Below are positions 26,400 to 39,689 of a stretch of DNA of 64,000 bases, in pieces (the first letter of the stretch is position 1; the number at the start of each line of letters is the position of its first letter). A model generated the notes under the pieces. It was not told where the DNA came from and searched no databases. It was given only the letters and a program-made list of their open reading frames with translations. The DNA is from Lama guanicoe. Taxonomy: Eukaryota. Location: assembly GCA_013239625.1 (NCBI GenBank), contig MU056000.1, positions 15,032,851-15,096,850 of the forward strand, written 5' to 3'. Made by a program: the position numbers and the translations under genes.

Positions 26400-27150
26400 T
26401 AAAAGAAACACTACAAGCAAAACAACTTATAACAAAGTAGAATCATGCACCCAAGGTAAGTTAAGTTTTAAAAATATATTTCCATATGTTCCCCAAAAGT
26501 TCAGAAAAATTAGAAAGCTGAATTTAAAAAATCCAAAAGATGAAATAGGAGAAAGGGCTGGGTGTGCAAAGATAACACTGAAGTCAAAAAATGCAGGTAA
26601 TGGGATTCATGTCAGAATAGACACAGAGAATGAAGAGGTGGAATAAGAGGCCAAAGACCTACCCCAGAGAGCGTCAGAGAGACAGAAGAGAGTCAGTATA
26701 CATCAGAACACTTGGGTGACGTGGACTTCAGACTTAACATCAATATATTGCAAAATATTAATGGCAGAGAAGAAATAATTGAAGAAATGTCCAAAAATCA
26801 CTCATACTTAGAAAAGACATTAGCCCTTAAAATGGAACACCTAATGTATTTCTAGTTGGCAATAATAAAACATCACTGAGCCACACTACAGTGAAAATTA
26901 ATAATAATAAAAAACTTAGAGAAAAATCATTAAGGCTCTAAAGAAAAATCAGGTCATCCAAAGTGAATAGAATCAGACTGAAATAAGATTAATCAACCTC
27001 AATAATGGATAAAAGATGACAGTGGAGTAGTAATTTCAAAGTAATACAGGAAAATAACTTCAATTTTATAGCAAGTAAAATAATTATTTAAATCTGAAAA
27101 TAATATAAAGATATTCTAACTCACATAAGTACCTTTTGAAAATAAATGAT
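26400..27150 (+). mobile_element. Old L1/HAL1 ORF1 remnant
   Basis: 26945-27070 'caggtcatcc...agaatcagactg...agatgacagtggagtagtaatttcaaagta' resembles the ORF1 C-terminal QVTYKG-RIRL-RRQWSNIFKV block. Confidence 0.65.
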
Positions 27151-27349
27151 ATTTGGAGAAAGTCATAAAAGAAATGCATTTACAAGAACGCAGTTATGAG
27201 AAAAGTAAATAACTGAACATTTTTTGTTCACAAAAATAAAATACCAGGAATATTTATAAACACCAGACCCACACGATAAAATTAAGACATTTAAAGAGTG
27301 ACTTTTCAAAATCCAGTCTCCCCTCTTTATTATTGAAAATACCCTGCTA

Positions 27350-27760
27350 TTGAATATAAATTACTAAGAACTTATCTATCCAGACTTACCTGCCTAGGTG
27401 GCGGCTAAAATACATGTCTGACCGTATTTTGTTGACAAGTGAGGTTTATCCAGAAAATCTTTACATCACTAAAAGGGTAACTTGCCTGATTCAAATGTGC
27501 TTCTCTCATCTGAAATGTAGACAAATTGGGAAAGTTATGGCGATTATATTAAGACTATGGAGCAACAATGAGTTGGACTAAGATGTACTCACAAGTACAG
27601 CAGAATTGAAATCTGAAAAGTGTCTGGGTTCCTGCTATTCTCACTCAGCTACTGTTTTCTTTCCTTCAGTTTTATTATGACATGATAAACATAATACCTT
27701 TCTGTTTATGCCACCGTAGCAGAGATTTTTTTGTAATTTTCAGCTAAGTGCATTTCATAC
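27350..27760 (+). mobile_element. MLT1J/K-like LTR fragment
   Basis: 'gtctgggttcctg' and terminal 'tgtttatgccac...ttgtaattttcagctaagtgcat'. Confidence 0.4.
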
Positions 27761-28514
27761 TCTAAAAAAATCAATGTATCTATGAAGCCAGAAATTAAGA
27801 CAATAAATAATATGTTTTTAAAAGACAGTAAAGAAAAACATGAAATAAGATGGCAGAGATACACCCTAAGTATAATACTTAACACAATAATAAACGTGCT
27901 TAACTCATATACACAGCAAAATAGGCCCAGGTTCCATAATTAACAAACAAATACAAATATAAACAAAAATAACTTTTAAGACTTGCAAACATGATTCAGC
28001 AATTTATTTTTTATGAAACACTTTAAGGATTACATGTGGAAACACAGAATGGTAAAATATTTAAGAGAACTGGAAAAAATGCAGCAGTTAGAGATGACTG
28101 CAGGGAAAATGATGGCGACGTTAATAAAATTTAGAGCAAAATATCAATTAACAAAGAGGAGTATTTATACATATATTCAAACATTCATTCAAATTTTATT
28201 TCTTCACCTCGTGTGGTCCTAACTTGCCTGAAAAGTTGAAGATACAGAGGTAATACATTTAGTAAGCTACTATCCCCATCAAATTTGCATCTGATGGTTT
28301 ATCTCTGTACGACTGGGTAGAACATTAACACATGGGGTATTTACTGGTGCGCTGTTCCCATCTCTTCCAAAGGGTTTTTCTCCTGAAATTGTCTCTTCAC
28401 TCTGCTGCCTCTTCATTTCTTCCCTGTCAATAAAATAGTTAACATAGAAACGCCACAATATATTGCAATGCATGTGGTAAATAATTGAGGTAGCTCTCAG
28501 AATCAATCCTTACC

Positions 28515-29250
28515 TCCTTGTAGTGTAAATCCCAAAGCTAAAAAGTCTGAAGTGCTAAACAGTTGATTTCCCAGAGCCACTTGTGACGAGGGTTTTGGAT
28601 GTGGGGTAGGTTCTGCCAACTTTCTGCATCACGCCAAGTTTGGAAGCAGCAGTGGGATAGGAGTGTGTCTTGTTGCTCTTCTAGCTCTTGCTGTCAGGCA
28701 AGCAGTCAGAAAACTTTGAAAGCATTTGACAGTAGAATGTGCTCCGTGTCATCAGCTTAGTCTCGAGACTAGCTTCATTACTGTCAAGTGGTGACTGAAG
28801 AGTGGTGTTTGCTTCCTAATCGTCAAAGGCCAGACTTGGAAGTCAGTGGTTCCGGTGGAGGATTGGTGATTCCCTGCATCCATTAGGGAACTGTCTGCGA
28901 AGAAAATTCACCCCAAATATTTCAAATGAACAACAGTAAATGGATTACTAAGAGACGTATGGGCATGAATAAGGGAGCTCAAAAGGGTTTACTGATGCAT
29001 CCAGCAGGAGTTACCGTCACTTGGGTTGGGGACGCAAGGTGAATACAAAATGTTACTGGAGCCCAGAGAGAGCTCAAACTGGGGACGGAGCACTCTCTGG
29101 CAAGAACTGATGACTTAGAGGGACACAGCTTCTACTAGAAAGTTATATTATTGTTTTAATATCTAATTATTTGTGTTAAATCTACTTAGTCTTAAAATTA
29201 TTGTGTAGTTTGTCTCCTTCCTGCTACAAAATCCTAAACCCTGAATAACA
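28515..29250. mobile_element. Ancient LTR sequence, possibly two nested elements
   Basis: 'gatttcccagagccacttgtgacgagggttttggatgtgggg' and 'tgttactggagcccagagagagctc' resemble old ERVL-type LTRs; family not resolved. Confidence 0.45.
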
Positions 29251-29601
29251 AAGTTGCTGTCTTGATTCCCTGTCCTTACTGCACCGTTTCTATGCAACCT
29301 TTTACAGCAGCTGAAAAGTTTGCACACATTGTCTCCATTTCTTCTCTAATTCTCTGTATGGCTCACTCCTTAGCAAGTCATCCCTCCTTTTTCACCCTCA
29401 CCTCTTCAGATCAAGTTCTTGTCAAAGTCACTAGTGGGTTTCATTTTGCCAGATACAATGATGAAATTTTAGTTCTCCTCTCTCTGGACCATTGAGTTTC
29501 TTCACTTGCCATAACACTTCATTGTTTCCTCGACTATTCATTACTGCACGTAATCCATCACTGAATCACTTTCATCTTTTCAAACTCTACATATTGAAGA
29601 T

Positions 29602-30223
29602 TGATGCAGTAAAAACGGATGGGGCGTGAGAAGGGCCATGTCCCAGGCTTCGGTTGAGCCCCTGGGACATGCCCCACCAAGTGTGGGTCCTTGGCTTCGT
29701 GCAGGAAAGAATTCAAGAGTGAACCACAGTTGAGTAAAGATTTATTTAGAGAGATACATCAAAAGGCAAGAAAAAAGCCACAAGATGTGGGGGTTGGGTG
29801 CTCAGATTAGAGTAAAAGTAGGGACACACTCCCCAGACAGAGTGCAGGCTGTCTCTGAAAAGCGAGAGAGATTGGGCGGCCGTGAGGGGCAGTGTTGCCA
29901 GTTTTTAAGGGCTTCATAGCTTCATATGCTAATAAGTGGAAGGACCAGTCTAGCTAGCCTGGTGAAGGGGCTGGGATTCCCAAGAAATTGGCTATTTCCC
30001 ACTCTTTGACCTTTTGTGGTTAGCCTTGGGGCTGTTGTGGTGCCTGTGGGCATGTTATTCACCATGCTAAAATGTTACAGTGAGTATGTAATGAAGCTCA
30101 AGGAAGTCAAATCTCCCATCATCTTGAGCCTCAAGGCCTACTGGGGGTTGAATCTTTCGCCATTCTGGTGTTAATTGTTGGGCTATTTCTTGAATGGCTG
30201 TGCCCTGCCCCCTTCCTTTCTCA
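29602..30223 (-). mobile_element. ERV1-type solo LTR (622 bp), relatively young
   Basis: TG...CA ends; 4-bp TSD AGAT/AGAC; minus-strand AATAAA at 29741-29746; 'gcaggaaagaattcaagagtga' is typical of MER4-group LTRs; retains CpGs. Confidence 0.85.
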
Positions 30224-31054
30224 AGACCATCTCAGTTTCAGTTCTCATACATCTTCTCTTCCTTGTCTTTACTTCCTCTTCAGCTGATCTCATTTGGTTC
30301 TATGGTTTTAAATACAACTCATGTAAAAGGGAAAATATTTGAAGTCATCCCTGACCTCTTTCCCTCTCATTCTTAATAGAAAATCTACCAGATAAGGCTT
30401 CTGGATCTACATTTAAATTCATCCAGAGTCTCCCCACCTGCCACTATGCCCACAGCTAGTAATTTGACCCAAATCATTATAATAATTTGTCTGGATTATC
30501 CAAGACAGTTTCCTATACAGTCTTCCGTGTTTGACCAATTTTACCCTTTCTCTTTCACACAGAATTCAGAATGGTCCTTAGAAGTTGCAGGCTAGGTTGT
30601 GTCATTCCTCCACAGCAAACACTAAATGGTTCATAGCTCACTCAGGGATCATCCAAGGTTATTCCACAGACTAAAAGCCCTACATAAACAGCCAGCTCTT
30701 TCCTTCCATTTTCCCGTCACTCATCCTGCCCAGCCACGAGGGCTTCTTTGTTTTCCTCAAACGCCAAACTTGCATTTATCTCAGGCACTTGACACTCGCT
30801 TTTCTCTCTGCTGGAATATTCTCCTAGAAATCTGCCTGGTGTGCTTCCTTCCATTTTTCTTAACATCCTATGTCTAATAACATTTTACTTTTCATCCACA
30901 TTTTTAAATTGCCTTTATGGTCTCTCGGTATGTTGCTGTGCTTGTATGCTTGTGTGGGTGTGCATGTGTGTATATATATTTCTTTGAGGTCTCTCTTGCA
31001 GCAGTAACATGTAAGCTCCATGAGTCCAGACACTTTGTCTAATTCAGTGCTCAT

Positions 31055-31632
31055 TGTAGGCAGACTTCTAAGATGGCTCTCACTGATACCCACCTCTTTG
31101 TCTTCACACACTCTATGATCCCTTATCGTTAAGAGTAAACTTGACCTAGTGGCTTGCTCCTGATGAATAGAGTATAAGTTATAGGATGTTACTTCTGAGA
31201 TTAGGTTACAAAAGGTGGTTGACTTCCACATCACTCCCTCTCTCTCTCTGTTTCTTTGTCTCTGTCTTTGTCTCTGTCTCTGGTTCTTCCTGGGTGCTTG
31301 CTTTAATAAAGCAAACTGGAAAGGCTCATATAACAAGGAACTGAGGATGGGCTCTGGTCAATCACCAACAAGGAACTTTGCGCTTTTGTCCAACAACCCT
31401 TAAGGGACTCAATCCTGAATCACATGAATGAGCCTAGAGTTGGATCCTTCCCCAGGGAAGTCTTCAGAAGAGATGACTGACCTGGCTGATGTTTGCCTAT
31501 AGCCTGTGTGAGGCTCTAAACTAGAGGACCCGGCTGAGCCACACAAGGACCCTTGACTCTCAGAAAATGTGAGAAAAGTGTTGTTTCAATCCACTAAGCT
31601 TTGAAGTATTTGTACACAGAAGAAAAATAATG
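31055..31632 (+). mobile_element. MaLR solo LTR (MLT1E/F-like)
   Basis: 'tgtaggcagacttctaagatggc', 'cttctgagattaggttac', 'aaggaactgaggatgg' and 'ccactaagctttg'. Confidence 0.85.
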
Positions 31633-31899
31633 GAGTGCTGTATTCCCTCCGCAGAGGAAATACTCAACAAATATTAAGGTAATCATATTAAATTGTCATT
31701 TTTGTAGGTCAAAAATGTTTAAATATCAAAACTGTCATAGACTTCAAGATACATTTGTTGAATGAAGTAGTGAAGAGCTTGTGAAGATACAAAGGAAAAC
31801 TGAAAAGTGTAAATTTCCTTCAAGAATTTAAGTAATTTAAAGTAGTGTTTAAGGATTTTAAAGTAGTTAAGGGATAGTCAGTATAACTTAGTGAAAAAA

Positions 31900-32085
31900 A
31901 TAATGTGACACCAGGAAGTAGTGTTGAATTGTCATTTTGCCATTTTCTGGCAATGAGATATTTGGTAACTTATTCTCAAAAAAAATTTTAAATGGATAGT
32001 ATTAACTATTTTGGATTATTGCTATGAAGATGAAGTGATAAAAATGAGAGAGCATAACTACCTTACTGTCTGACATCCAGTGATT
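31900..32085 (+). mobile_element. MIR remnant
   Basis: Decayed core 'ttggtaacttattctc...taaatggatagtattaacta...ttgctatgaagatgaagtgata'. Confidence 0.45.
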
Positions 32086-33549
32086 CTTTTTAAATATTAT
32101 TCAAGGGAAACTGTTACTTATTTTACTATGTCTCAATATAGATTTTTGATGTTTTCCCATAATATAAGGAAACTGAATAAAAAAGAAAACCAGCTAAATA
32201 TTTGGTATAAATACACTGAAGGCCTACATTATCTTTTTCACACAATCTAATTTCTAACATTATTTTTAATAATTTTATTGAAATATTTATTTCTACAGAA
32301 TTAAGATAATACTATTCAAAGTCATGTAATTTTTCAAATTTCAGATAAATATTCCCAGATTGAATCATAGTTTAAAAGGAAAATGATCATCTCAGTTTTG
32401 ACTCAAAGTCATATATTTAGGTTCAGAATTAGACCTTTGAGTAACAGCTTCTATAAAATATTCAAAAGCTAGAAGACATTTATCTTAAATGTCAAGTAAG
32501 AGATGCACATTTTAGAAACAAATCCTGGTGATTTATGTCTGATATTTTTCTATTTTTTTGTTAGTCCAGATATATTAGAAAGTTAAAACATTAACAAATG
32601 ATAGAGAAAAATGGTGGGAAGAGCAGAGAAAAATCTCTTTAAATATGTTTAAGAAGGCAATGAGAGGTATTTTCATGATGGGTATCCAAGTAGAAGAAAA
32701 ACAATAATTTCAGCAGCATATCCTTCTTTTTGGAAAATATAGGAAATAAGCATGTATAGTATATATATGATCTCTTATTGAGGAAGAACTATGAACATTA
32801 ATTAATGGCAAACGGTCTCAGCTAAGTTACAACTTTTGTTAAAACAGTTTGTGCTCCGTTATAAATATTTATTTAGTAAGTTTTGCATTTTACAATTATG
32901 TGACATTCCAAATTTTTTTACTGAATGTGTATCATTCCAGATTTGCCTTTCTTTCAGTAGACGTCTGGCTATTTGAAATATACAGAGTGTGGTGTCACCT
33001 AGATAAGAAATGTAAACTGTTGCCTGAATTCAATTCAATTATAAATGAAAACAACTATTCATGAAATTGAAGTGTATATTATGACTCATGAGCTAAATAC
33101 ATTAGTATGGTATGGACATGAGTGACATATCAAGAATGAAAACAAAATATGAATATATATGCACAATCATCTTAGAATGCTGGAAAATACTAGTATCATT
33201 ATGGACTTTAATACTTTTGTCATTTTTTTGCTCTTATTGTAAAAAAAGTAAGCCTGTTGATAAAATTTATATTTTTATTTATAAAACATGAGGTTGACTA
33301 TAAATAATAAAATATAATTCCACCAAATGTATGTGTATACACACACACAAAGTACGTACATACACTACACACATAGCTACATATGTACATATATATACAT
33401 ATTCAAACATATAAACATATATAAAGCAGACAGTGCATTACAAAATCACTTTTGCATAAAATATCACCTAGAATTATATAAGAAATTCAATATCTATGAT
33501 CAACTGAGAAAATAATTTAGGTGACTGATGTAACAAAGGTGTGATGTAG

Positions 33550-34290
33550 AATGTTTAGTGTGTAACTGTGTCAGTCCTTTATTACACTGCAGTTTAAATT
33601 CTTGAGGTCTCACTTGTGCATTTTCAGCATGGGCTCTCATTGGCTTCAACTGGTGGAATACAAAATGCTTCTGCTTTATGTCCACAACCCCCACCATTTG
33701 GCTTTCTCACCAGTGCTTCTCTATAGATTTGAGATGTGAGCTAACATATGATCCACCCATACCTACACAACCAAAACTACAAGTGAGTTATTAACCAGAG
33801 GGTGAACTCTTGATAAATGAGAATTGGACACAAGGAAATTAATTCTTCACTTTTTCTTCCCCTGACAGACCGGGGATGCAATTGTTCGTAAAATCTACTG
33901 TAAGATGGTTTTACAGAACTGAACCAAACTCTAGAAAGCTCAGTAATGCGCCAGGAATTAGCTCTCCCACCTCTCTTGCCACACTTGCTTTTTTCCCTTC
34001 ACTCCAGTCCCTGGAATTACAGTTCCTAATAGAACAGTAGTATATCCACTTTTATCATGGTACGTGCTTGATGGAAGACGTAGGCCAAGATGGTTGATTC
34101 TGGGAGTGTTCTTAAAGCCAAACCCTCAGGATGGGAGTTTGGAACTAGATTACTCATAGTCCTGATGGCAGTAAGTTGGTTTTAGTTAACCTCTGGCATC
34201 CGTAGCATCATGATTATTATCACTCTCACATATTACTAATTGAGATCCGGTGCATTCGGCAAGGGACCTATTGACATATGATGTAACTAT
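33550..34290 (+). mobile_element. ERVL LTR (LTR33/41-like) plus the start of the internal region
   Basis: LTR end 'ccctggaattacagttcctaata...taggccaaga' at about 34090, then leader 'tggttgattctgggagtgttct...ccctcaggatgggagtttggaactagattactca'. Confidence 0.6.
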
Positions 34291-34457
34291 ATGTCATTGT
34301 TTTTCATTTTTAATTATTTGAAGTGTTGTTATTAAAATATGCAATTTTGGCAGCAGATACAACAAAGTAGTTGTCTCATAATATCTCAACCTCACAGGTC
34401 CAAAAAATTAGAAAAATAGGTATAATTCCTAGAAAAAATTATGAAAAGCTGAAGAGT

Positions 34458-34850
34458 GTATATCAGTGAATTTTGCTACAATAACAAACAATTCCCCCAA
34501 ATCCCACATCTTACAAGAAACATCCATATATTGTTCTCACTGTATGCCAGGATTGTGAGTTCCCTGATGCAGCTCTCTTCTATATGTCTTAACATTCTGG
34601 GATGGAAGTTAAACTACAACCTTATTTGACACATATCGTTCTTTTGGTAGAGAGAAAGAGCATGGAAACTGACAAAATACGCAATGGCTTAAAACTTTCA
34701 CTCAGAATTGTCACATGTCATGCCTACTCAAAGCTCATTGGTCAAAGAAAGTAACATGCTCAAGCCCCTCCCTCAAAGAACTTGCCCTCAGATTGCAATT
34801 GATAAGGATATAATCCTACTTCACAAAAGGGAGGAGCAAATAATTGGGTA
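34458..34850 (-). mobile_element. MLT1K/L-like LTR
   Basis: 'gctacaataacaaacaattccccc' and 'gtcacatgtcatgcctactcaaagctcattggtcaaagaaagtaacatg'. Confidence 0.65.
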
Positions 34851-34939
34851 AAATAAATACTGACTGTAATGAGAGAAAACACACAAAAACAAAGAATAGA
34901 TCTAAGTTTGTACTACTTTTAAAAGAATAGGTGTAGTAA

Positions 34940-35022
34940 CTTTTTGTTTGTTTGCGGTGAGAATACTTAAGATCTTTTCTTTCATTATAATTACCATGCT
35001 GTACATTAGATCCCCAAAACAC
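34940..35022 (-). mobile_element. L1MA9-like 3' fragment (target of young L1 copy 2)
   Basis: 'gtgagaatacttaagatct...ccatgctgtacattagatcccca'; appears to resume at about 36275. Confidence 0.6.
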
Positions 35023-36272
35023 TTTTTTTCTTTTTTTGTGTTGTTACATTTTTTTATTGAGTTATAGTCATTTTACAATGTTGTGTCAAATTCCAGTGTA
35101 GAGCACAATTTTTCAGTTATACATGAACATACATATATTCATTGTCACATTTTTTTTTCACTGTGAGCTACCACAAAATCTTGTATATATTTCCCTGTGC
35201 TATACATTATAATCTTGTTTATCTATTCTGTATATGCCTGTCAGTATCTACAAATTTTGAAATCCCAGTCTGTCCCTTCCCACCCCCTGTCCCCTTGGCA
35301 ACTGTAATTTTGTATTCTATGTCTATGAGTCTGTTTCTGTTTAGTATTTATGTTCTTTATTGTTTTTTTTTAATTCCACATATGAGCAATCTCATATGGT
35401 ATTTTTCTTTCTCTTTCTGGCTTACTTCACTTAGAATGACATTCTCCAGGAATATGCATGTTGCTACAAATGGTGTTACGTTGTTGGTTTTTATGGCTGA
35501 ATAGTATTCCATTGTATAAATACACCATATCTTCTTTATCCAGTCATCTGTTGATGGACATTTAGTTTCCTTCCATGTCTTGGCTATTGTAAATAGTCCT
35601 GCTATGAACATTGGGGTGCAGGTGTCATCCTTCTGGAAGTAGGGTTCCTTCTGGATATATGCCCAGGAGCGGGATTCTTGGGTTGTATGGTAAGTCTATT
35701 CCTAGTCTTTTGAGGAATCTCCATACTGTTTTCCACAGTGGCTGCACCAAACTGCATTCCCACCAGCAGTGTAGGAGGGTTCCCTTTTCTCCACAGTCTC
35801 TCCAGCATTTGTCATTTGTGGACTTTTGAATGATGGCCATTCTGGCTGGTGTGAGGTGATACCTCATTGTAGTTTTGATTTGCATTTCTCTGATAATTAG
35901 TGATGTAGAGCATTTTTTCATGTGCCTATTGATTGTTTGTGTTTATTCTTTGGAGAATTGCTTGTTTAGGTCTTCTGCCCATTTTTGGATTGGGTTGTTT
36001 GTTCTTTTCTTATTAAGTCATATGAGCTGCTTATATATTCTGGAGATCAAGCCTTTGTTGGTTTCATCGTTTGCAAAAATTTTCTCACATTCTGTAGGTT
36101 GTTGTTTTGTTTTACTTATGGTTTCCTTTACTGTGCAGAAGCTTGCAAGTTTAACTAGGTCCCATAAGTTTATTCTTGCTTGTATTTCTATTGCTTGGAT
36201 AGACTGCCCTAGGAGAACATTTTGAGATGTATGTCAGATAATGTTTTGCTTATATTTTCTTCTAGGAGGTTT
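35023..36272 (-). mobile_element. Young 5'-truncated L1, copy 2
   Basis: ORF2 C-terminus at 35625-35921 ([25 protein letters not shown]...HCWWEC) and 35357-35611; 3'UTR and T-rich tail. Confidence 0.95.
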
Positions 36273-37299
36273 CATTTTTATCTTACAACTTTTGTACTCA
36301 TTGTCAACTTTACCTCAATAAAACTGAAAAAAAAGAAAAAAATGCAACCCTATAGTTGAACAATACTGTACTTTCTTTTATAAACTCTATTTAATTGAAA
36401 AGATATGTATTTCATCCAACCTCCATGGCATTCTTCACAAAAAAGTCTTTTGTTATGACCTGCTATAATTATCTGAATTCTTTTACCTAGATTATGTTGA
36501 TATGTGTATGTTTTGAACACATACAGAATGTAGATCTTATAGGAGTAAATTCTTCTAGTTAACATAAGATGACTGGCATATAAAAGTGAAATAAAAGAAA
36601 CTTTATTTAACTTCGTTTTATCTCCAAATTTTAGGAATGTTAGAGTTCCATAGCTTTCTCCATAGAGAGACCTGACAACTGTCATCCCCAAATATTGAAA
36701 TTTGTAGCTTATGTTTTGTGTCCTTTTTCTTTCAAGATTCTGTCATGGGAAATCAGTAGAGTTATCAGCTTTCATTATGCAAGAATTTATAAAAATAACA
36801 GAGAAATAGCTAATATAGCTGACAATAAACTGTTTCAATATTTTGCAGATTTGAATAAAATCCAGAGACAATAACCATATGGTGTTGTTAGTACCACTTT
36901 GCTAACATCATATATCAAACAGCTATACATTGTATCTGTGTAGAAATGTAGGGATCAGATTAATTATTAAATTCAGGTCAGTGGTCACACAATTATAAAT
37001 TAATTTATAACAAGAGTGCTTATATTGTATGTAACATTTATGAAGTACAAATCATTCTTCATAGCAAAGATTGATTTTTAACAATTTCATTAAGTTCAGC
37101 AGAAAAGCCTAGAATTAAAAACAATTTATAAGCAACCAAGTTTCGAACTCCAAAACTTTTGGTGACATTGGTGATGATTTTACTATTGTCATTCTATTTA
37201 TTCAATCTAGATCTTGCTCACAATTTTATGGAAAGGATTATATATATATAAAAGCCTCACAATTATATGTTTAAATACTTCTGAAGGGTATCAATTAGT

Positions 37300-37672
37300 G
37301 TTTCAACAATATGGTGGTCAAGAAAACACTTAGATCTCTTGCTGAGGGTCCACACTTCTAGAAGGGTCCCCATTTTCATGTCAAGGACATGAAGACATGC
37401 TTTCTGGCTGCCCACCAACCAATGACTGAAGATGGTATAGATACAACAGAGCCAAGGCACTACTACTGGTTGGGGATTTCCCATAATCTAAAATACAATC
37501 TGAGACACTTCCTGCTCAACACCCCTTATTTCTCTGGCTTATTTTAAGGGATTCATCCCTTCATGAAAGCCTGAATCCTCTCCTTGTCTATCACTGCTTC
37601 TTCACTTTTATCTTTTGCAAGTATCTTCTCAAAATCAGTCATATCTAATTTCCTTTAGAAGACTTTAGTTGA
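37300..37672 (+). mobile_element. ERVL LTR (LTR16-like), 5' LTR
   Basis: 'ccaaccaatgactgaagatggtatagatac' and 'cttcctgctcaac', followed by a class III leader 'ggtagcagacaatggctcaggaaa'. Confidence 0.65.
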
Positions 37673-39680
37673 CTGAGGTAGCAGACAATGGCTCAGGAAA
37701 AACATAGTAGATGGTGCTTGGGGACTGGCTTTCTTACTACCTGGTAAACAAAAGAGATACCATGTGTGGTGAATGGGATATGGATGGTCCCTAGCACAAG
37801 ATGGAGTCCCAACTGCTCATGATTTCCCCTGTGGTGACTGGAGAAAATGTTTAAGTCCACTGAAGTGGATGGCCATTGCACTTACAATGGTTCAGGCTTT
37901 TGAGGTATGAGGGAGAATAATGCATTAAAGAAATGAGGAGTTGACTGGTTTTTGATGGGGTGTATTGATGCTGGGGAGAGAGATGATAAGAAACTAGGAC
38001 CATTATTGGTAAAATCTGGGACCAGGATATAGGGATTGAAGACATCTAGATGGATTATCTATATAGGTGCTCCTGAAAATGTTGTCTCTGTGAACCTCAG
38101 GGTTCACAGAGGTGACTCACCAACCCTCCCCTAGTGAAAGCTAGCACTTTATCCATGCTAGAAAACACTGCAGTAGCCTGTCTCACAAGGGCAACAGATG
38201 ACCGTCTTCCCTCATGAGCTTCATTTCTTCTCCCTTGGGTCACAGGCTGGTAACTAGCATTAAATTGCCACATAACCCAACTGGAATGTGTTGAATCTGA
38301 TGAGGAAGAGCGTATTTGCTGACAAGTACTGGCAGGGGTCAAGGAAGTAACCCAGGGATTGCATTTTGGTACTAGGTGCTTATTAGGCCAGATTGTAAGA
38401 TGGGACAAGCAAGAATTCTTCTCAGCACATGGGGATTTAACCCTCAGGCAAGGGCCCCAGAAAAATAAGGATGTATCAACTCTCTAGAAGAAAGAAGAAA
38501 GCAATGTTCCATGTTGAGCAACAGATGTAGCTTAGTTTCCATGAAAGAGTAAAGAGGCTGCAGTAAGAGAGAAGTTGGAGAGAATAATTTATGTGACTCC
38601 AGGAAACTTGTCAGAGAAGAATGTTTCACAGAAGGAGCCAGAGCACACACCATTAACCAAGGCCATCAGAACATCAGAAATGCATCGGTGAGAGGCACCA
38701 CCAAAACTTAAGTGTAGCTCTGTTCTGTAAGACTGGGTTAATGACAGGAAAGGCAGTAACAAACCTGGAATTGTTAATATCTATGAATCTCAAAATAACA
38801 GGCGTGACCACCGATGTCAGAAAAGCAGCTAAGGCGCACATGGCCTAAAAACAGTGGTAAAGATAGTTAACTGATAATCTCTAGGTCCATCCATGTCGCT
38901 GCAAATGGCATAAGTCAGAGAAAGACAAATATCATATGATGTTGCTTATGTATGGAATCTAAAAAAAAATACAAATTTTATTTATAAACCAGAAATAGAC
39001 TCATGAACATAGAAAACAAACTGTGGTTACCAAGGGGAAAGAGGAGGGAAGGATAGACCAGGAGTTTGGAATTAACAGATACACATTAATATATATAAAA
39101 TAGATAAACAACAAGGACCTTTTGTATAACACAGGAAACTATATTCAACTTCTTGTAATGAGCTGCAGTGGGGAAAGAATCTGGAAAAAATATTTATTTA
39201 TATATATAATATATGTGTATAATTGAATCACTCTGCTGTACACTCGAAACCAACATTGTAAATCAACTATACTTCAATAAAAAAATAAGAATTAAAAAAA
39301 AAAAGATAGTTTATTGAGTATAATGTTCCTCCAGGCAACAGGTACAGGGACAGGGACAGGCAACCAGCTCGGGTACTGTTTCACGTCTATCATAAGAAAA
39401 GAGCAAGGATAGAGGAGCAGGAGGATGAGAGTCGTACTGTCATTCTAGTCTTGACCGTCTACTCAGTTTCTGGAACTGTGTCAATTTTCAGATCCATACC
39501 CCATTTACTGGTGCAGAAACAGATGGCTAGGAGGAAGGGTTTGTGCAATGATGCAGTCAGTGCGTATTACAATGATTTCTTCTGTTCTTCCACAAAGAGA
39601 CCCATGGCTTTTTACTTACGTGATGGTAACTTGAGGAGAGAAATACAGTGTGATTCTGAAGCCTGCTGGCAGAATCCCCT
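37673..39680 (+). mobile_element. ERVL-class internal gag remnant (ERV3-16A3-like), interrupted by an L1
   Basis: 38400-38610 resembles gag DKGEF...GFNTLAR...KRLRE..LEWIYYV ('ggatttaaccctcaggcaagg', 'gtaaagaggctg', 'ataatttatgtg'). Confidence 0.7.
38872..39301 (+). mobile_element. Short L1 3' end with a 5' inversion and TSDs
   Basis: Antisense 40-nt piece at 38872-38911, then sense 'aagtcagagaaagacaaatatc...acttcaataaaaaaa'. TSD AAAGATAGTTAACTGA (38859-38874) / AAAGATAGTTTATTGA (39302-39317). Confidence 0.9.
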
Positions 39681-39689
39681 TTTCTAGCA

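Larger units (their letters stand above)
29300..31680 (+). mobile_element. L2 (RT end plus 3' region), split by an ERV1 LTR and an MLT1 LTR
   Basis: ORF 29262-29495 has VLVKVTSGFHFARYNDEILVLLSLD, like L2 RT ALVKVTNDL..AKSNGQFSVLILLD. The tail 'atgtaagctccatgagtccagacactttgtc' resumes after MLT1 as 'gctgtattccc...tactcaacaaatatt'. Confidence 0.75.

Noticed and set aside
30860..31336. 158-aa minus-strand ORF with QR repeats
   Set aside because: Spans the MLT1 LTR/L2 junction, and the QR run comes from a (TCTCTG)-type microsatellite.
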